From positions 26,896,114-26,960,113 of the forward strand of contig NC_052164.1 in NCBI RefSeq assembly GCF_902713615.1: a DNA stretch of 64,000 nucleotides. Direction: 5' to 3'. Source of the stretch: Scyliorhinus canicula. Lineage: Eukaryota. Shown here in pieces: positions 60,870-64,000 of this stretch. A program made the translations under genes and the position numbers. Under the pieces are notes generated by a model. It was not told where the DNA came from, did not search any database, and saw only the letters and a list, made by a program, of their open reading frames with translations. Numbering within the stretch: position 1 is the first letter of the stretch; each line of letters opens with the position of its first letter.

Positions 60870-61006
60870 GGCCGGGATTCTCCATTCCGGAATTGCCGCG
60901 CTACCGCTGCCAGTGAGAATGGAGAATTTGACGCTCAGCCAAAACTCCATTCACTGCGGCGGAAATGGAGAATCCCGCCGGCGCAAACAAACGGAGAATC
61001 CCTCCT
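60870..61006. mobile_element. Very small Harbinger MITE
   Basis: GGCCGGGATTCTCC / GGAGAATCCCTCC. Confidence 0.7.
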
Positions 61007-63097
61007 TAATCCCTCTTTGGTACGTAGGTCCTGTTCCAGGACTCCAGCCAGAGGAAGCTTTCCATATCTTGGTAGGGAACAGTTGGAACTGAATGAATAC
61101 AAGAGCTTCCCTGTTTAATGCCGCATTCAGGATCTATTCAAAGAAGTATGCTCTTTCCATCAACGGTCTTTATTACTCTTCTGTCAATGGGAAAGCCGCC
61201 ATGTTGGAGCTTGTGCTATTTCTGAGTACTACAGTGAGGAGATAAGCATGAATGAAGCAGAGTCAGGCTGTGCAAAATGTGGTGCATGCAAGTAAAATGC
61301 AGCTAAGTGGAGGGGACCCGCCGCAAAGCTTCATGAGAGAAAAAAAAATATCAGTGGAATATTCTCTCTCACTAATGGTTGTGAAGAGTCCTGATTCAAA
61401 TGGTTCTGGCAAGTTTCAATCCGGATTTCACCCAATATGAGTCCAATGCACAACCCATGCACACTTTAGCATCTGTTAGTACGGACTGGTTATTCGAGCA
61501 ATGGGCCATAGAGAATAGCTGGTCGGAGCAATGGAAAACATCGCGCTGCTGCAGCACAGAATACACCATAAAGGATCGTGCTCAGCTACAGCTTGTACAG
61601 CTTTAACCAGCCCACGTGGTAGCTGCCTGAGTGTTCTTCCAAATGTGCAGTTGGAAAGGGACAATGTTCAGCCTCCTCGGTTCGTCTTCACTTTGATGGC
61701 AACACATGCTTATGCCATAAATGTCAATATTCATTGCAAGGAGACAGACTAACATAGCTCCGTCATATGCTCTGCATATCATCGAGAAGGACAAATAAAG
61801 CATAGATTTATTTTCTCCAGGTTCTCAAAGTTAGGGGCAAAGGCTCTGATAACTGTGGAAACTGAATCCAGTTTGTTCCAAGGCGACACGTCCTTTTGTT
61901 CAAGTTCAAAAATGCTTTTCTCTAGTTGAGAAGGTAGAAATTGTATATTCTGCAACACCTTCCTTCCAAGATGAACTTACAGTGAGAGTAGTGATTCACA
62001 GTTATAGCTACCCTCTTGTCTTATTGCCATTGGTAGAAGATGAGGAACTAATAAAGGTAATCAATGCTTTTCCCCCCACATTTTGTTTTCCAATTTCTGC
62101 CCACTCGTCGAGCCAGAATCCAATCCAAAATTGCAGAAATTGAGCGCTGCTCTGAAAATGTATAGATTTTCTCAATGGAAGTCAGCTAGAAAAACATTTT
62201 TGGTAGGCTGTCTGCTGCCAAAGAAATACATGTTGCACAAAAAGTGTTAATATTTTGCCTGAACAGTTATACCAGGACACCTTTTCTGTGTTATGCATCA
62301 CCATCGCACTTCAAGTGTCAGACGGCAAATGGCTATGCCATATTTGATAAGGAACTGGACAAAAGAAAAAGCAGTTATTTGGGATATTTCAGGCTGGAAA
62401 TTCATCTCAAGTGGTGGCACAAAATGTGGGGAATTGTAACGGCTGCCCATTCGATACACCACGTGATATTCAATTCCATTGACCGCATTGAAACAAAATA
62501 TCAGGTGCTACATGTATCGCCCGTTTTGTGACACTGCCTGTGCCGCACACAGGAATTTCTAACTAACATCAGGAGGCTGTTCTGCGCAGCAAGGCCCATG
62601 GCTGACCTTCTTGCCCTGCTGCTAATTGAGGGTGGGTTGGGCCTCAATCAAAGGCCGTCAGTGCCTGATCAAGAAGCTGGGCATTGTGAAAGATAAGGTG
62701 GGGTGGGTAGGTCTGTCAACCACACCGTTGCCATTTCTTCTGAGCCCCTGACACCCCTTTACTAATTACCCTCAGCAATGAGGGGTGGCCCCAGACCAGA
62801 CTGGCTGGCAGCTCTCAATAGGTGAAACCTCTGCCTTGGGGCCTGTTTTCAGGGGAAGGCCCACAGCTGGCCGACCACTGCTTGATTAGCAGGTGGTTCA
62901 GTAGAACTTCCGGAAAAGAGGAATCATGAGTTGCTCACTGGATCTCCAGCCAGCAGGCGAGACTCTCGATGCCTCACAAGATTCTGCCCTGAAATATGTG
63001 CAACCTGCGACCTGAGTTTATTAATCACATATTAAAGAAAAGTCAAAATTCTGGCCTGCGTGGTGAAGATTAATTAAACTTGAATGTTTGCAAACAT

Positions 63098-63290
63098 GGG
63101 CATGATTTTCCAGCCGTTCCTGCCAACGGAATCTTCTGGTTCCGCTGATTGTGAAGTCCTGGCAACGGGAAACCCTGTTGACAGCAGCAGGAATGGATGG
63201 AAGATATCATCACCAGCCAATGGCAGGCCGTCTCTGCTGCTGCAAAATATGCCATGAGATGTGTGTGTGTGTGGGATTTCCGCTCACAGT
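63098..63290. mobile_element. Small Harbinger MITE (59640 family), decayed
   Basis: GGGCATGATTTTCC start; internal CCATTGAC-like and GGGATTTCC motifs. Confidence 0.45.
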
Positions 63291-63364
63291 GACTTTATAC
63301 CTTTACTTTAGACAGAATTACTTTAGGCAGAATTATATGCCATGTTACAACGCTCCTGTCTTTT

Positions 63365-64000
63365 AAAAAATTAATTCATGGGATGGAGGGGGTGGTAGGG
63401 GTGGAGGGGGGGGGTGGGGGTTGGGGTAGGTGGGGTGGGGGGGTGGGGTGGCGGTGGTGGTCACTGGCAAAGCCAGCATTTATTGCCCATATCTAATTGC
63501 CCTTGAGTAGGTGGTGGGTAGTCGCCTTCTTGAACCACAGATGGCCATGTTATTGGAACGCAACCAGTGCTGTTCAGGAGGATGTTCCAGGATTTTGACC
63601 CAACGACAAAGAAGAAAAAGCAATAAAGTTCCGAAGTAAGATGGTGAGTGGCTTGGAGAGGAACTTCGAGGCAGTGATGCTCACATGCACATGCTGTACT
63701 GGTCCTTCCTGTTAGAAGTCATGGGTTTGGGGCAGCACGGTGGCACAGTGGTTAGCATTGTTGCCTACGGCGCTGAGGACCCGGGTTCGAATCCCGGCCC
63801 TGGGTTACTGTCTGTGTGGAGTTTGCACATTCTCCCCGTGTCTGCGTGGGTTTCACCCCCACAACCCAAAGATGTGCAGTGTAGGCGGATTGGCCACGCT
63901 AACTTGCTCCTTAATTGGAAAAAATAATTGGGTACTCTAAATTTATTTTTTAAAAAGAAGTCATGGGTTTGGATGGTGCTGTCAAAGGAGCCATTGCAAG
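63365..64000 (-). mobile_element. CR1-group LINE 3' end, interrupted by a G-rich tract and a SINE
   Basis: Homologous to 10280-10610 and 27818-28120. Confidence 0.85.
63731..63955 (+). mobile_element. Short V-SINE
   Basis: 17-bp TSD AGAAGTCATGGGTTTGG at 63714-63730/63956-63972. Confidence 0.92.

Noticed and set aside
61400-62531. Short ORFs in unique sequence
   Set aside because: No homology recognised and no clear splice signals

Overview
Eukaryotic, repeat-dense DNA from a cartilaginous fish. The HE1/V-SINE-type SINEs, HER1/CR1 LINEs and a Deu-domain SINE point to a shark, possibly a catshark. Most of the window is transposon-derived. It holds about 20 tRNA-derived SINEs with several different 3' tails; CR1, L1, L2 and RTEX-like LINE fragments; one decayed full-length Gypsy element (19772-24905); several solo LTRs; three hAT MITEs; more than 12 GC-rich PIF/Harbinger MITEs with 3-bp target-site duplications (TSDs); and a relic autonomous Harbinger with a spliced Myb/SANT gene and a transposase C-terminus. 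No intact host gene can be named. The best host-gene candidate is a spliced 5' exon pair at 52423-53037 (MSTTKASDTDEVF, phase 1), with weaker candidate exons at 30546, 51343 and 33465-33668. The window is probably intronic or the 5' region of a large gene. Almost all ORFs in the supplied track are spurious frames through repeats. I found no clearly new protein system. The best leads are CpG retention in one LTR (possible exaptation), a SINE subfamily with L1-type TSDs, repeated hAT insertion at one site, and a Harbinger MITE filled with nested hairpins and G-rich arrays. Family names come from motif recognition, not database searches.
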